Shown: positions 8,551 through 22,109, numbered from the stretch's first letter. The stretch: DNA of 64,000 bases from an uncultured Candidatus Saccharibacteria bacterium (GCA_964356795.1 CAYHIK010000005.1:10767-74766); one strand, 5' to 3'. Program-made: numbers and translations. Notes: generated by a model not told the origin, from the sequence alone.

Positions 8551-8642
8551 TGGCGGAGGCGGGAGGATTCGAACCTCCGAGGGGTTTTGAAGCCCCTGCC
8601 TCTTTAGCAAAGAGGTACATTAGACCACTCTGACACGCCTCC
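8551..8642 (-). tRNA. tRNA-Ser(GCT)
   Basis: CCTCT-TT-GCT-AA-AGAGG, long variable arm, encoded CCA. Confidence 0.95.
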
Positions 8643-8698
8643 AGTATTATGTATTGCACTGACGGAACGTCATATTCTAGCACGTTTTTTGTGCCTCA

Positions 8699-9361
8699 TC
8701 AACCGTGCGCGATGGTGATGGCGGACACGGTGTGTGCGCCTGATTCCTTGAGTGCGGACGCACAGTTTTCCAGTGTGGCTCCGGTGGTGCGTACGTCGTC
8801 AATGATGACAAAGTTTTTTCCACGAACCTCCGAAGCATCGTTCACGCTAAATGCTCCCGACATATTTTGGATGCGCTCCTCGCGCGAGTGAGTTGTGACT
8901 TGAGAGTCGGTACGACGATTTCGAGTGAGGATGGTGTCGTCGAATGGCATCGCGGCGATTGCGGCAAATTCTTTTGCGATAAGAGATGCTTGGTTGTACC
9001 CGCGTTCACGGAGGCGTGCGCTGTGGAGGGGGACGGGGATGAATACCGGATTGTGGCCCAACAATAAATGAGGGCGAGATGATGAGATTCCGAGTGCGTA
9101 TGCTGTGGCACGCGCGAGGGGGACTGCTAATCCGCGGATTCCTCGGTATTTCAGATGATAGATTGCGGTTTCGACGACGCCGTCCATAAGAAATGCCGAT
9201 ACGCAGCGGTCGATGGTGGATTTCGGCGAGTGCTGATACGACGCGATTTTAAATCCTCGAACACACTCATTGCACAGGTCTATGCCGATGGTCGAGCATC
9301 CAACGCATCGCGCGGGCCAGAGCGTGTCGATGAGCCATGTTTGTAGTTCGCGTATATTCAT
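8699..9361 (-). CDS. comF: ComF family phosphoribosyltransferase-like competence protein
   Basis: CxxC..CxxC, PVPLH..R.RERGYNQ, IIDDVRTTGATL; start codon uncertain. Confidence 0.92.
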   Translation of the reverse strand: MNIRELQTWLIDTLWPARCVGCSTIGIDLCNECVRGFKIASYQHSPKSTIDRCVSAFLMDGVVETAIYHLKYRGIRGLAVPLARATAYALGISSSRPHLLLGHNPVFIPVPLHSARLRERGYNQASLIAKEFAAIAAMPFDDTILTRNRRTDSQVTTHSREERIQNMSGAFSVNDASEVRGKNFVIIDDVRTTGATLENCASALKESGAHTVSAITIAHG

Positions 9362-9410
9362 CCACACATGAGATAAATTGATTGTCCATCGTGGTATACT
9401 TGAAATACGC

Positions 9411-10505
9411 ATGGCATTCAACCTCTTCGGTTCAAAGAGTCACATTGGCATTGATATTGGAACTGCCTCTATTAAGATTGTCGAATTAAGCCAGGAGTCT
9501 GGTCGTTGGAAGGTTGAGAACTACGGTATGTATGAGCTGCACGCCCAAGGGGGGCAGGCAGATAGCGCGAAGACGGTCATGGACATGTCTGATGCAGAGG
9601 TGTCGCAGGCAATCAAAGATGTGCTCGCTACCGCAGGCATCAAAAGCCGAGATGCTGTCGCTTCTATTTCTTCGTTTAGCACATTCGCGACCGTCATCGA
9701 GCTTCCATATACAAGCGAAGAGGACCTCGCGAAGACGATTCCATTCGAGGCGCGCAAATACATTCCTGTTCCGCTCGATCAAGTTGTGCTCGACTGGTCT
9801 ATCGTTGGTGTCGTCGATGGCAAGGGTGGCACGTCACCGGTTCCGACGGGCCCTGTGCCCGCGGGCTCATCGGTGACGGTTGAGGTATTTCTTGCCGCAG
9901 TGCCCAAGGATGAAACGGCGCGGTACCAACGCATCATGAAGGCCGCGGGCGTCAACTTGCTCGCGCTCGAGCTTGAGAACTCAAGCCTTGTGCGGGCGCT
10001 GTTGGGAAACGACCTCTCGCCGACAGCAATATTAAATGTAGGGGGGAGGAGCACCTCTATCTTAGTGGTGAGCAAGGGGTATGAGCGTTTGAGCCATAAT
10101 TACGAGATTGGCGGGTACGAGATAACCAAAGCAGTTGCAACCGATTTAAACATCAGCCCCGAGCAAGCCGAAGGATTAAAGCGAACATACGGACTTATTG
10201 ATAGTGCCGAAAACAAAGCCCGCCCCGCGATGATGCCGCTCATTGACATGATGATTTTTGAGACTAAGAAAACGATTGAATCGTTCGAAGCTGCGCGCGC
10301 ACAGCGCATCAGTCGCGTTGTGCTCATTGGGGGATTGGCGAATATGCCTGGCCTTGCGCAGTACGTGAAGCAGCGCATTCCCCGCGACGTGCTCATTGGG
10401 AATGTATTCGCGCGCCTCGTGCATCCGCCCGAGCTTGAGCCGTTACTCCAGCAATTAAGCAATACATTGGCGGTAGCTGTTGGCTGTGCGATGCGCGAGA
10501 CGTGA
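9411..10505 (+). CDS. pilM: Type IV pilus assembly protein PilM
   Basis: IGIDIGTASIKIVEL actin-like fold; EARKYIPVPL. Confidence 0.93.
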   Translation: MAFNLFGSKSHIGIDIGTASIKIVELSQESGRWKVENYGMYELHAQGGQADSAKTVMDMSDAEVSQAIKDVLATAGIKSRDAVASISSFSTFATVIELPYTSEEDLAKTIPFEARKYIPVPLDQVVLDWSIVGVVDGKGGTSPVPTGPVPAGSSVTVEVFLAAVPKDETARYQRIMKAAGVNLLALELENSSLVRALLGNDLSPTAILNVGGRSTSILVVSKGYERLSHNYEIGGYEITKAVATDLNISPEQAEGLKRTYGLIDSAENKARPAMMPLIDMMIFETKKTIESFEAARAQRISRVVLIGGLANMPGLAQYVKQRIPRDVLIGNVFARLVHPPELEPLLQQLSNTLAVAVGCAMRET

Positions 10506-10525
10506 TATACTTTTAGGAACGAGCA

Positions 10526-11098
10526 ATGCCATATAAAGGAGGGGTACAATTATTGCCAGAGACTCAGCGTCGTCCGACGCTTGCTTCGTATACGAGTGGG
10601 AATTCATATTTCTATGCAGCGGTTGTGATTATCATCGCCGTGCTCGCTCTCGGTGCGGTGATCTCCAGCTATTCATATAGCCTGAAAGATAAGATTGCGA
10701 CGATTGATGGACAAATGGGGGAGAGCGAAAAAGCGCGCACAAAAGAAATCGAACAAGAGCTTGTCGCCGCCTCGAGACAGTCGAAGATTATGAAGCAGCT
10801 ACTGGCGGGTAAGATGTACTGGACGCAGGCGCTCGATATGATGGAGCGCATGACGCAGTCATCTGTTTCGCTTACGCGTCTTGAGGCAAATGCTACAAAG
10901 GGCACCATCTCATTCCGCGCAAGCGCGGACTCCTATGCATCTGTTGCGCGTCAGATTGCCGCATTCGTATCGGTGACGGGTGTGGATGACATTACCGTGA
11001 AATCAATCAAAGCGAACGCGCGAGGGAGGGTAGAGTTCGATGGGGAGCTTCTCATTGATGCGCTGAAGCTATTAAAGAAAACAGAACCAACCAAATGA
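10526..11098 (+). CDS. pilN: PilN-like protein
   Basis: VQLLP motif followed by a TM helix; lies after pilM. Confidence 0.75.
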   Translation: MPYKGGVQLLPETQRRPTLASYTSGNSYFYAAVVIIIAVLALGAVISSYSYSLKDKIATIDGQMGESEKARTKEIEQELVAASRQSKIMKQLLAGKMYWTQALDMMERMTQSSVSLTRLEANATKGTISFRASADSYASVARQIAAFVSVTGVDDITVKSIKANARGRVEFDGELLIDALKLLKKTEPTK

Positions 11099-11631
11099 AC
11101 GGTAAAAAAATATTTGGAGCATTCACGCTTGCCGCCGCCCTCTTCTTCTTTTGGCCGGGCGTTGTAGGCTCGTGGCAAGAGATGCGCGCGTTACGCGCGG
11201 CGCTCGACGAGCGAACGGTGCTGAACGATGAGCGCACCAAGATTCTCGCAAACGCTGCAGAGGAGTATAAGAAATACAAAGAACTACTTGGGAGTAGCGA
11301 TGGGCGCACTTTCATATCGTTGGTGCCCGTGAAGAAAGATTCGGCCGAGCTTGTGTCTGCGGTGCAAGATATGGCATCGGGCGCTGGTGCGCAGCTCATC
11401 GAGCTTCGCATGCAAGAAGAGAAGAACGCCAAGGAGTCAGCGTACAAATCGCTCTCGCTTTCCATTGAGTTAAATGGTTCATATCGATCGTTGAACACGT
11501 TTCTCTCAAGCCTCGAGCAGTACGTGCGCATCCTGAACGTGACAGGAATTGAGGCGAGTAGCGCGAATGCGGATCGCGCGGGTGATGCATTGAGATTTAC
11601 CATTCAGGCGACAGCTTATTTCATTAAATAG
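11095..11631 (+). CDS. pilO: PilO-like protein
   Basis: TM helix, coiled coil, GSY..L..FL..LE...RI.NV. Confidence 0.8.
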   Translation: MNGKKIFGAFTLAAALFFFWPGVVGSWQEMRALRAALDERTVLNDERTKILANAAEEYKKYKELLGSSDGRTFISLVPVKKDSAELVSAVQDMASGAGAQLIELRMQEEKNAKESAYKSLSLSIELNGSYRSLNTFLSSLEQYVRILNVTGIEASSANADRAGDALRFTIQATAYFIK

Positions 11632-11632
11632 A

Positions 11633-11899
11633 ATGGCACCCAACAAGCAAAACTCACTAATTCCACTCCTGATTGCATTTTTAGGCTTTGTCGTGGGCAT
11701 GCTCTATAACGGCCAGACAGATCCCGCTATTAATGTTCCACCGATTGAGACTCGTTTTCAACTCACCTCACTCCAGGGGCTTCGCGACGTGCGCATCGAC
11801 GACTCGGTGCTCATGAGCGCCCAATTTAAAGCATTACGCGTGTTTGGCTCGCTTCCGGTTGTGCCAGGTAGTGGCGGAAAGAGCGATCCATTCCAGTAA
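11633..11899 (+). CDS. Small pilus-operon protein (PilP position)
   Basis: TM helix plus C-terminal GKSDPF. Confidence 0.7.
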   Translation: MAPNKQNSLIPLLIAFLGFVVGMLYNGQTDPAINVPPIETRFQLTSLQGLRDVRIDDSVLMSAQFKALRVFGSLPVVPGSGGKSDPFQ

Positions 11900-11911
11900 T
11901 GCATAGACGCA

Positions 11912-13681
11912 ATGGCAACGAGAATTCCCCAAACACTCATCAATGAACTGGTGCGCGTCGGCCGCCTGAAGAAGGAGGATGCCGACGCTCTTATTGCGAG
12001 CGCGCAAAAAGATCAAAAAGATATTGGTGCAGCGCTCATCGAGGCGAACGTTCTGAGCGATGCGGAGCTGGTGAAGTTCAAGAGCGAGCTCTATCGACTT
12101 CCATCGGTTGACCTCGAGCAATCTGAGCCCGACCCGAATGCATTTCGAGAAATCAGTGAGGACGTCGCTGGATTTTATCACGTCGTGCCATTCGCGGTGG
12201 GGGATGGGGTGCTCAAGGTTGGCATTATAGATCCTGAAGATATCAACGCGCTCGAAGCGCTCAAGTTTATCGCGACCGATAAAGGTCTCAAGCTTGAGAA
12301 GTACGTTATTGCATATAAAGACTTCGGCGCCACACTCAAAAAGTTCAAATCACTCACCGGTGAAGTCGGCAAGGCACTTCAATCGATTGCGGAAGAGGCT
12401 GGGAAAGAGGTTGGTGGTCAAGAGGAGGTGCTTGCGCTTGATCAAATCACTGCCGAGAGTCCCGTTACAAAAGTCGTTTCTGCCATGTTGGGGAATGCAA
12501 TTGATAATCGCGCATCTGATATTCACCTCGAACCATTCGATGACCACACTCGCGTCAGATTCCGCGTGGACGGCGTTCTACAGGCGGTGTTGAATCTCCC
12601 CAAGAATCTTCATGCTTCAGTGGTGACGCGCATCAAGATTCTTTCGAATCTCAAGATTGATGAGACGCGCGTTCCACAGGATGGACGCTTCAGTATTTTT
12701 CAGGGAAAAACCAAGATTGATTTTCGTGTCAGCACCTTCCCCACGAAGGCGGGAGAGAAGGTGGTGATGCGTATCCTTGATCCGCTTTCGAGTCGAATCG
12801 ATTTGGCCGGATTGGGTATCACGGGGCGTAGCAACGAGATGCTTCAAGAGGCAATCGCACGACCGTTTGGAGTTATCCTTATCACGGGTCCTACGGGCTC
12901 CGGAAAATCAACCACGATTGCGGGCATCCTGAAGCAGATGAACACGGAACAGATAAATATCGTCACACTCGAGGATCCAATTGAGTACTTTATCGATGGG
13001 GTGAATCAATCCCAGGCGCACGAAGAAATCGGATACACATTTGCGAATGGACTCCGTTCGATCCTTCGCCAAGACCCCGACGTGATTATGGTTGGTGAAA
13101 TTCGAGACCGAGAAACGGCACAACTTGCGGTGCAGGCCGCGTTGACGGGGCACATTGTGCTCTCCACGCTCCACACGAATGACGCGCTCGGTGTGATTCC
13201 GCGTCTCGTTGATATGGGCGTTGAGAAGTACTTGCTTCCACCCGTGCTCAATCTTGCCGTTGCACAGCGGTTGCTGCGTCGGCTGTGCGCTACCTGTAAG
13301 GTGAAAGATGTTGCAAACGACGCAGAGTCCAAGATTATCTCAGATGCACTTGCGACGATGCCTGAAGCAATCGCAGCACCGCTTCGTGCGGCGTCGTACC
13401 AAGTCTACCGTCCCAGCAAGACGCCCTGCAAAGAGTGTGGCGGAAAAGCGTTCAAGGGTCGCATTGGTATCTTTGAGATGATTCGCATGACCGATACGCT
13501 TGAGCGGGTTATTCTCGGTGATCTCTCGGAGGCCGCAATGCGTGAAGAGTCGGAGCGACAGGGGATGGTAACCATGTTCCAAGACGGAGTCATCAAGGTG
13601 CTCGAAGGGACGTGTTCGCTACAGGAGCTCCTCGAGGTTGCGCAAGCAAAAGAAGAAGAGGAGAAGGTTCCAGCAAAATAA
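11912..13681 (+). CDS. pilB: Type IV pilus assembly ATPase PilB/GspE
   Basis: RASDIHLEP, GPTGSGKST, LRQDPDVIMVGEIRD, CxxC pairs. Confidence 0.96.
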   Translation: MATRIPQTLINELVRVGRLKKEDADALIASAQKDQKDIGAALIEANVLSDAELVKFKSELYRLPSVDLEQSEPDPNAFREISEDVAGFYHVVPFAVGDGVLKVGIIDPEDINALEALKFIATDKGLKLEKYVIAYKDFGATLKKFKSLTGEVGKALQSIAEEAGKEVGGQEEVLALDQITAESPVTKVVSAMLGNAIDNRASDIHLEPFDDHTRVRFRVDGVLQAVLNLPKNLHASVVTRIKILSNLKIDETRVPQDGRFSIFQGKTKIDFRVSTFPTKAGEKVVMRILDPLSSRIDLAGLGITGRSNEMLQEAIARPFGVILITGPTGSGKSTTIAGILKQMNTEQINIVTLEDPIEYFIDGVNQSQAHEEIGYTFANGLRSILRQDPDVIMVGEIRDRETAQLAVQAALTGHIVLSTLHTNDALGVIPRLVDMGVEKYLLPPVLNLAVAQRLLRRLCATCKVKDVANDAESKIISDALATMPEAIAAPLRAASYQVYRPSKTPCKECGGKAFKGRIGIFEMIRMTDTLERVILGDLSEAAMREESERQGMVTMFQDGVIKVLEGTCSLQELLEVAQAKEEEEKVPAK

Positions 13682-13684
13682 TCC

Positions 13685-14896
13685 ATGCAATTTAATTATC
13701 AAGTCAAAAGCACGGATGGAAAGGCGATCACAGGGCTCATCGAGGCCGTCGATGAGACTGCTGCGGTTGCAGAGCTTCACGGTCGTGGATTTGTGGTGCT
13801 TTCGCTTGGCGTTGTGCGGAAGGGTCTTTTGAGTGGCGACCTCCTCCAGTTCTTCAATCGTCCAAAGATGAAGGACGTGGTCGTGTTCACGCGACAACTC
13901 AGTACGCTTATTGAGGCAGATGTACCGCTTGCTGAGGGCATGCGGACGCTCGCGAATCAAACCGACAATCCAATCTTTTCCCACATCATTGGAGATATTA
14001 GCGATAAGATCGAGGGTGGCTCTTCGCTGTCTGCGGCTTTCGCAGCTCATCCGAAATTGTTTTCACAGTTTTATATTAAACTTGTCCGTTCAGGCGAAAT
14101 CTCTGGGCGTCTTCAGCAATCACTGCTCTATCTCGCAGATTACCTCGAGCGCAATCAGGCGATCACGAGCAAGGTTCGCAACGCGCTTGCATACCCAGTG
14201 TTCGTGATTTTTGCGATGGTCGTCGTCGCGCTTGTGATGGTGGTCTACGTGTTGCCGCAGTTGCTGGTGATTTTCAAAGAGTCTGGTGTGACCGAGCTTC
14301 CAATTACGACGCGTGCATTGATCGCGGTCACTGATTTTGTGAACGCCTACATCTTTCTCGTTCTTGGTGGAATCGTTATTACGGTGGTTGGTGTGTATCA
14401 GTGGATCCAATCGCCAGATGGGACGGCGTGGTGGGACCGCGCAAAGATTAAAATTCCTGGGTTTGGCATTATCCTCAAGTCGCTCTATCTCGCACGTGTT
14501 GCAGAAAATATGGCAACACTCATCAAGTCTGATATCGCCATCCTCGATGCACTTCGCGTGACGGGGGATATTGTCGACAATGTTGTGTATCGAGACATTC
14601 TCTTACACGCAGAAGAAGAGGTTCGTGGCGGAGGGAGTGTGTCGGATGTATTTCGTCAGTATAAGCAGGAAATTCCATCGCTCATGACGTCAATGATTGG
14701 CATCGGTGAGCGCACGGGGAAGATTGACTACATGCTCGGCCATGTATCTAAGTTTTATCGTACCGAGTCCGAGAATCGCATCGATTCTATCTCTTCCTTG
14801 ATTGAGCCGGTGTTAGTTGTGACACTCGGATTAGGTGTTGCAGTTTTGGTGTCGAGTGTACTCCTTCCGCTCTACTCGTTGGTGAATGTTGCGTAG
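13685..14896 (+). CDS. pilC: PilC/GspF platform protein
   Basis: FTRQLSTL, GE.SGRL, ALAYP, GERTGK, LIEP. Confidence 0.95.
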   Translation: MQFNYQVKSTDGKAITGLIEAVDETAAVAELHGRGFVVLSLGVVRKGLLSGDLLQFFNRPKMKDVVVFTRQLSTLIEADVPLAEGMRTLANQTDNPIFSHIIGDISDKIEGGSSLSAAFAAHPKLFSQFYIKLVRSGEISGRLQQSLLYLADYLERNQAITSKVRNALAYPVFVIFAMVVVALVMVVYVLPQLLVIFKESGVTELPITTRALIAVTDFVNAYIFLVLGGIVITVVGVYQWIQSPDGTAWWDRAKIKIPGFGIILKSLYLARVAENMATLIKSDIAILDALRVTGDIVDNVVYRDILLHAEEEVRGGGSVSDVFRQYKQEIPSLMTSMIGIGERTGKIDYMLGHVSKFYRTESENRIDSISSLIEPVLVVTLGLGVAVLVSSVLLPLYSLVNVA

Positions 14897-14986
14897 TGTT
14901 GATAGGTTGCTATTGCACGCGCTCGGAAGTGTATATAATAGAAGGGTATTGCTAACGAACCTCTTATGGTAAACGTAACTGATATC

Positions 14987-15463
14987 ATGCATCGTCGGCG
15001 CTTGGGTTGGCAGAAAGGGTTTACCCTTGTGGAGTTGCTGGTGGTTATTGCCATCATCGGCGTACTCGCCACACTCGTATTGTTGCAGCTAGGAACCGCA
15101 CGTGGACGTGCTCGCGATACGAAGCGCATCACGGACGTGAACCAAATCCGCAGTGCTGTTGAACAGTATTTTGAGGATAATGGCGGCAAGTACCCAGCAG
15201 CAGCAGCATGGGAGACGGATATCGCGGGCTACATGACGCGCGTTCCGAAGGACCCCTTGTCGGATGTATCGTATGACTACAACGTAGATCCGACATTTCA
15301 GGCATTTCAGATTGTTGCGGAGCTTGAGAATAAGGCGGCGGCTCTCACCAATGATTCCGATATCGTATCAGGTGACTTTACTGGTGCAGTTGATGCGGGA
15401 GCGGCAAACGAAACATGTGCTGATCCTGCAACATGTCTCTATGACCAAGGTGTAAAGCTATAG
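14987..15463 (+). CDS. Type IV pilin (probable major pilin)
   Basis: KGFTLVELLVVIAIIGVL, RARDTKR, own promoter and terminator; start 14966 also possible. Confidence 0.9.
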   Translation: MHRRRLGWQKGFTLVELLVVIAIIGVLATLVLLQLGTARGRARDTKRITDVNQIRSAVEQYFEDNGGKYPAAAAWETDIAGYMTRVPKDPLSDVSYDYNVDPTFQAFQIVAELENKAAALTNDSDIVSGDFTGAVDAGAANETCADPATCLYDQGVKL

Positions 15464-15474
15464 GCTTTGCAGAA

Positions 15475-15504
15475 CAGAAGACCCGCTTCGGCGGGTCTTC
15501 TGTT
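15475..15504 (+). terminator. Intrinsic terminator
   Basis: CAGAAGACCCGC-ttcg-GCGGGTCTTCTG-TT. Confidence 0.8.
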
Positions 15505-15514
15505 ATAATGGGGT

Positions 15515-16276
15515 ATGATGATTTTCGTCGTCGGAGTTGTTGGTCTTATGCTCGGAAGCTTCTTGAGCGTGCTCATTCAACGCTGGCCCTCGTGGCGCGG
15601 TGTCGCCATGGGGCGTTCGGAGTGCCCGCACTGCAAGCACGTGCTCGCATGGTATGACTTAATCCCGCTTTTGAGCTGGGTACAACTTCGTGGGAAGTGC
15701 CGATACTGTCGCGCGCCTATTTCTTGGTTCTATCCGATCCTCGAGGTAAGTGTTGCAAGCGCGCTCGTCGCTTCTACAATCATTCACGGAATTGGAACCG
15801 AGTGGTATATCGCTGATCTTGTGATGCTCTTTGGCCTTATCACGCTTTTCTTCTTCGATCTTCGGCACCATATGTTGCCCGATGCAATCATGGCGCCACT
15901 CGCGGGACTGGTGATTCTTCGACTTGGCATGCTTCGCCCTGATTTGCTTCTGAATAATGTTGCGATGGGCACTCTCCTTGCCGCGCTCGTAGGTTTGCTC
16001 TATCTCGTGTCGAATGGCCGGTGGATTGGATTCGGCGATGTGAAACTCGCGTTCGTTATCGGCTCACTATTTGGATATCCGGGAGCAATTGGTGTGACGC
16101 TCATTGCAATCTGGACTGGCGCGCTCGTGGGCGTCGCGCTCATCGCGCTTCGCCGAGCGTCGATGGAGACGGCGCTTCCGTTTGGTTCGTTCTGGACCGC
16201 TGCTGCGGTGATGATGATATTGTGGCCAGCACCTGTACATTTTCTGAGCGGACTTCTGATTCCAACATTCCAATGA
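15515..16276 (+). CDS. pilD: Prepilin peptidase
   Basis: GSFLSV..R, RSECPHC, CRYC, FFDL, GFGDVKL, LPFG. Confidence 0.95.
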   Translation: MMIFVVGVVGLMLGSFLSVLIQRWPSWRGVAMGRSECPHCKHVLAWYDLIPLLSWVQLRGKCRYCRAPISWFYPILEVSVASALVASTIIHGIGTEWYIADLVMLFGLITLFFFDLRHHMLPDAIMAPLAGLVILRLGMLRPDLLLNNVAMGTLLAALVGLLYLVSNGRWIGFGDVKLAFVIGSLFGYPGAIGVTLIAIWTGALVGVALIALRRASMETALPFGSFWTAAAVMMILWPAPVHFLSGLLIPTFQ

Positions 16277-16818
16277 AAGGGTTCACGCTTATCGAGGTGC
16301 TCGTGGTGGCAAGTATCACGGTCATGATTGGTGGGCTATTGATTTCCAATTTTTCACGGACGCGCCTTGATTTGAATCAGGCGACCCTCATCATTCAAGA
16401 CGCAATTCGCGAGGCACAATCCATGGCGCTTTCCGGAGCATTGTATGGCCGGCCGGGGACGTATCGGTGCGGATATGGGGTTCACTTTCTTCCCGATGGT
16501 GTTCAGATTTATGCGGGGCCTGACTCGAGTGGAGGCGCTTGCTCGTCGCAGGATAGGAACTACAATGGAGGGACTGACCAGATCGTTCGGGATATCATTC
16601 TTTCGAATACCGCGATTGAGATACCGAGCGCTCCCGATATATTCTTTGAGCCTCCGAATCCAAAGACATACATTAACGATGTGAGTACGCCGAATACGAG
16701 TGCGGTGATATCGGTGCGCAAGAAGGGAGCGCCATGCCCGGCGCTCTTCACTGATCCGCGAACACCTGATTGTCGACAAATCTATGTATCAACCGCAGGA
16801 CGCATACAAACGCAGTAG
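16273..16818 (+). CDS. Minor pilin (FimT/GspH-like)
   Basis: MKGFTLIEVLVV. Confidence 0.88.
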   Translation: MKGFTLIEVLVVASITVMIGGLLISNFSRTRLDLNQATLIIQDAIREAQSMALSGALYGRPGTYRCGYGVHFLPDGVQIYAGPDSSGGACSSQDRNYNGGTDQIVRDIILSNTAIEIPSAPDIFFEPPNPKTYINDVSTPNTSAVISVRKKGAPCPALFTDPRTPDCRQIYVSTAGRIQTQ

Positions 16819-17290
16819 GGGATTTACGCTTGTCGAGTCGCTCGTCGCACTGACGCTGTTGACGGTCGCGCTTGTGCCTGCATTTATCCAGGCCACATCG
16901 GCAATGCAGCTATCGACGACTATTCGAAACTCTTTGATTGCGGCCAATCTCGCACAGGAGGGCGTCGAGGTGACGCGTGCCATGCGAGACGCGAATTGGT
17001 TTGCCGGAGCTCCTTTTGGCTCTGGATTAGACGCGTGCGCATCGGGGTGCTTGGTGCAGTGGGATTCAGTGGCGCCCATGCCGTTCACACCCAACACACC
17101 ACTCCGCTTCGACGCGCTCACGGGTCTCTATCAATACAGTCAGGGTGACAACACATTGTTTTACCGCACCATCTACGTCACTGAGATTTCGGCGGGAGAG
17201 CTCGCAATCAAGAGTGAGGTGACATGGAAAGACCGCCGAAATGCAAAATCATTTTCTGTTGAGCATCATGTATTTGACTGGATACAATGA
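16784..17290 (+). CDS. Minor pilin (PilV-like)
   Basis: RGFTLVESLVAL; A.NLAQEG.E. Confidence 0.88.
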   Translation: MYQPQDAYKRSRGFTLVESLVALTLLTVALVPAFIQATSAMQLSTTIRNSLIAANLAQEGVEVTRAMRDANWFAGAPFGSGLDACASGCLVQWDSVAPMPFTPNTPLRFDALTGLYQYSQGDNTLFYRTIYVTEISAGELAIKSEVTWKDRRNAKSFSVEHHVFDWIQ

Positions 17291-17847
17291 AACGCTACGC
17301 ACCACAATCGGGATTTTCACTCATTGAGCTCCTCGTGGCAGCTTCTATATTTTCATTTGTCGTCACGGGTGTGACGGGACTTTTTATGCAGGCACTTGAT
17401 ATGCAGCGCCGTGCGAGCGGTATTCAGAAGATTCAAGAGAATGCACAATACACGCTCGAGTCGGTGACGCGCGAAGTGCGCGTGAGTCGAGTGGTGAGTG
17501 GCAACACGGGGGATTGTAATCCGGGAAATGCGGCAACGCAAACCATGACGCTCGATCACCCCGTAAATGGAACCGTTGTGTACGAATACGACCGTTCAGG
17601 GGGAATTGGTGTTATTCGCCGCTCATCATCGGTTGCGGGCAGTGTTACTGAGCCGATTACTTCGACGGATGTAGATATCACCAAGTTTGCGTTCTGTGTG
17701 AGTGGATCAGGGCCTGATGGCACACAGGCGCGCGTCACAATCCCTATGACGCTTGAGTCCAGATCGGGGCGTGCATCGACACGGGTCTCGGTGTCGGTTC
17801 AGTCTACTATTATATCCCGAGACGTAACCGAGGATTTACTTCAATAG
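17287..17847 (+). CDS. Minor pilin (PilW-like)
   Basis: GFSLIELLVA. Confidence 0.88.
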   Translation: MKRYAPQSGFSLIELLVAASIFSFVVTGVTGLFMQALDMQRRASGIQKIQENAQYTLESVTREVRVSRVVSGNTGDCNPGNAATQTMTLDHPVNGTVVYEYDRSGGIGVIRRSSSVAGSVTEPITSTDVDITKFAFCVSGSGPDGTQARVTIPMTLESRSGRASTRVSVSVQSTIISRDVTEDLLQ

Positions 17848-17849
17848 CT

Positions 17850-20254
<2,405 letters not shown>

Positions 20255-20256
20255 GC

Positions 20257-20339
20257 GGCGGCATGGCCGAGATTCTGGTCAGGTGGAGGGCCTGCAAGTC
20301 CTCAGACGCGGATACGTTCCAGTCCCGCTGTCGCCTCCA
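20257..20339 (+). ncRNA. Non-canonical tRNA-Cys-like RNA
   Basis: Acceptor GGCGGCA/TGTCGCC plus U73-CCA; GCA in an 8-nt loop; enlarged D and T loops; own -10 and terminator. Confidence 0.7.
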
Positions 20340-20364
20340 AGCCTCATTCGTGGGGCTTTTTTTA
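20340..20364 (+). terminator. Intrinsic terminator
   Basis: AGCCTCA-ttcg-TGGGGCT-TTTTTT. Confidence 0.75.
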
Positions 20365-20394
20365 TGCCGAAAATTATGCTAGTTTCACTTTACG

Positions 20395-20697
20395 ATGCTG
20401 ACTGAGAAAGAGATAGAACATATTGCAAAACTTGCGCGACTTGAGCTTACTCATGAGATGCGTGAGCGGATGCGCAAAGACTTATCGAGCGTCCTCGACT
20501 ATATTGCGCTCCTTGAAACTGCAGATACGAGCGGTGTTGAGCCGTTGTATCAGGTGACTGGCTTGCAGAATCAGACGCGTCCCGATGTGCGTCGAGGGGA
20601 TTTTTCCATGGATGCAGCGGCAACCGAGCGACTCATTGGGCAGGCGCCTGCACAGCAAGGGCGATTCGTGAAAGTAAAATCAGTCAAAGCAACATGA
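20395..20697 (+). CDS. gatC: Asp/Glu-tRNA amidotransferase subunit C
   Basis: [18 protein letters not shown]; directly upstream of gatA. Confidence 0.93.
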   Translation: MLTEKEIEHIAKLARLELTHEMRERMRKDLSSVLDYIALLETADTSGVEPLYQVTGLQNQTRPDVRRGDFSMDAAATERLIGQAPAQQGRFVKVKSVKAT

Positions 20698-22109
20698 GTG
20701 ATATCGGATACACAATTTCATCAGCACGTGCGGCGCTTGAATCCGGCTCACTGACGCCGGAGCGTTTGTTTGAGCACTACCAGCGTCGTATCGCAGAGCA
20801 CGATGGAGACATTCACGCGTACCGTAATACGAAGTTTTCTTTTATTCCACACGAGCTCGAGACGTCGGCACTTTCAGGAATCCCATACGCACTCAAAGAC
20901 AACATGCTTGTGGCGGGGAGCGTTGCAACGGGAGGCTCAAAGATTTTAGAACACTACGTATCTTCATATGACTCGACCGCGTATCAGAAGTTACTTGCCG
21001 CAGGCGCGCAGTTGCTCGGCAAGACCAATATGGATGAGTTCGCGATGGGCTCTTCGGGTGAAAATAGTGCGTATGAAGTCGTGCGCAATCCCCGCGACAC
21101 ATCTCGCGTTCCGGGAGGAAGCTCTGCGGGGTCTGCTGCCGCTGTTGCGGGGGATTTATGCGTCTTCTCACTTGGCTCGGATACAGGCGGTTCGATTCGT
21201 CAGCCCGCTGCTCTGTGTGGTGTTGTTGGCTTGAAGCCAACGTATGGCCGTGTGTCGCGCCATGGCTTGATGGCGATGGCGTCATCGCTCGACCAGATTG
21301 GGCCCATCACAAAGACCGTGCACGATAGCGCGCATGTGCTTTCAGTGATTGCGGGGCACGACGTGATGGACTCTACAACTGCTCCACGGGAGACGCAGGA
21401 TTACACCGAATCGCTCGAGCAAGACATCACCGGTCTCCGCGTGGGTATTCCCGAGGAGTACTTCGGAGAAGGGCTCGCCGACGAGGTGCGCGAACGAGTT
21501 GAGGCGGGGATTGAAGTGCTTCGGAGTCGAGGCGCAATCATCACGCCCATCTCCCTTCCGCATTCAAAGTATGCGCTCGCGGTGTACTACATCATTCAAC
21601 CGTCAGAGGTTTCTGCAAACTTAAATCGCTATGACGGTATTCGGTATGGCTATTCTGCTCCCGACGCGGCGAACTTATTCGAGGTGTACACCAAGAGTCG
21701 CGGCTCGGGATTTGGTCCAGAGCCAATTCGTCGTATCATGCTCGGCACCTACGCGCTCTCAGCTGGGTACTTTGATGCCTACTATATAAAAGCACAGAAA
21801 GTGCGTGCGCTGATTCGTCGAGATTTTGACCGTGCATTTGAGCGGGTTGACGTTATCGCAGGCCCCACAGCGCCAACCGTCGCATTCCCAATTGGCGAGA
21901 AGAGCGATGATCCGCTCGCAATGTATCTCTCCGATATTTACACAGTGCCAGTCAATCTTGCCGGAGTTCCCGCCATCTCTGTTCCTTGCGGAGTGGGAGC
22001 CTCGTCTGGGTTGCCGGTCGGACTCCAATTCATCGGACCCATGTTTGGTGAGGCGGCTATCTTGCGCGCGGCATGGCACGTAGAGCAGGGTTTGATAGCG
22101 AATAAGTAA
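20694..22109 (+). CDS. gatA: Asp/Glu-tRNA amidotransferase subunit A
   Basis: [36 protein letters not shown]. Confidence 0.97.
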   Translation: MSDIGYTISSARAALESGSLTPERLFEHYQRRIAEHDGDIHAYRNTKFSFIPHELETSALSGIPYALKDNMLVAGSVATGGSKILEHYVSSYDSTAYQKLLAAGAQLLGKTNMDEFAMGSSGENSAYEVVRNPRDTSRVPGGSSAGSAAAVAGDLCVFSLGSDTGGSIRQPAALCGVVGLKPTYGRVSRHGLMAMASSLDQIGPITKTVHDSAHVLSVIAGHDVMDSTTAPRETQDYTESLEQDITGLRVGIPEEYFGEGLADEVRERVEAGIEVLRSRGAIITPISLPHSKYALAVYYIIQPSEVSANLNRYDGIRYGYSAPDAANLFEVYTKSRGSGFGPEPIRRIMLGTYALSAGYFDAYYIKAQKVRALIRRDFDRAFERVDVIAGPTAPTVAFPIGEKSDDPLAMYLSDIYTVPVNLAGVPAISVPCGVGASSGLPVGLQFIGPMFGEAAILRAAWHVEQGLIANK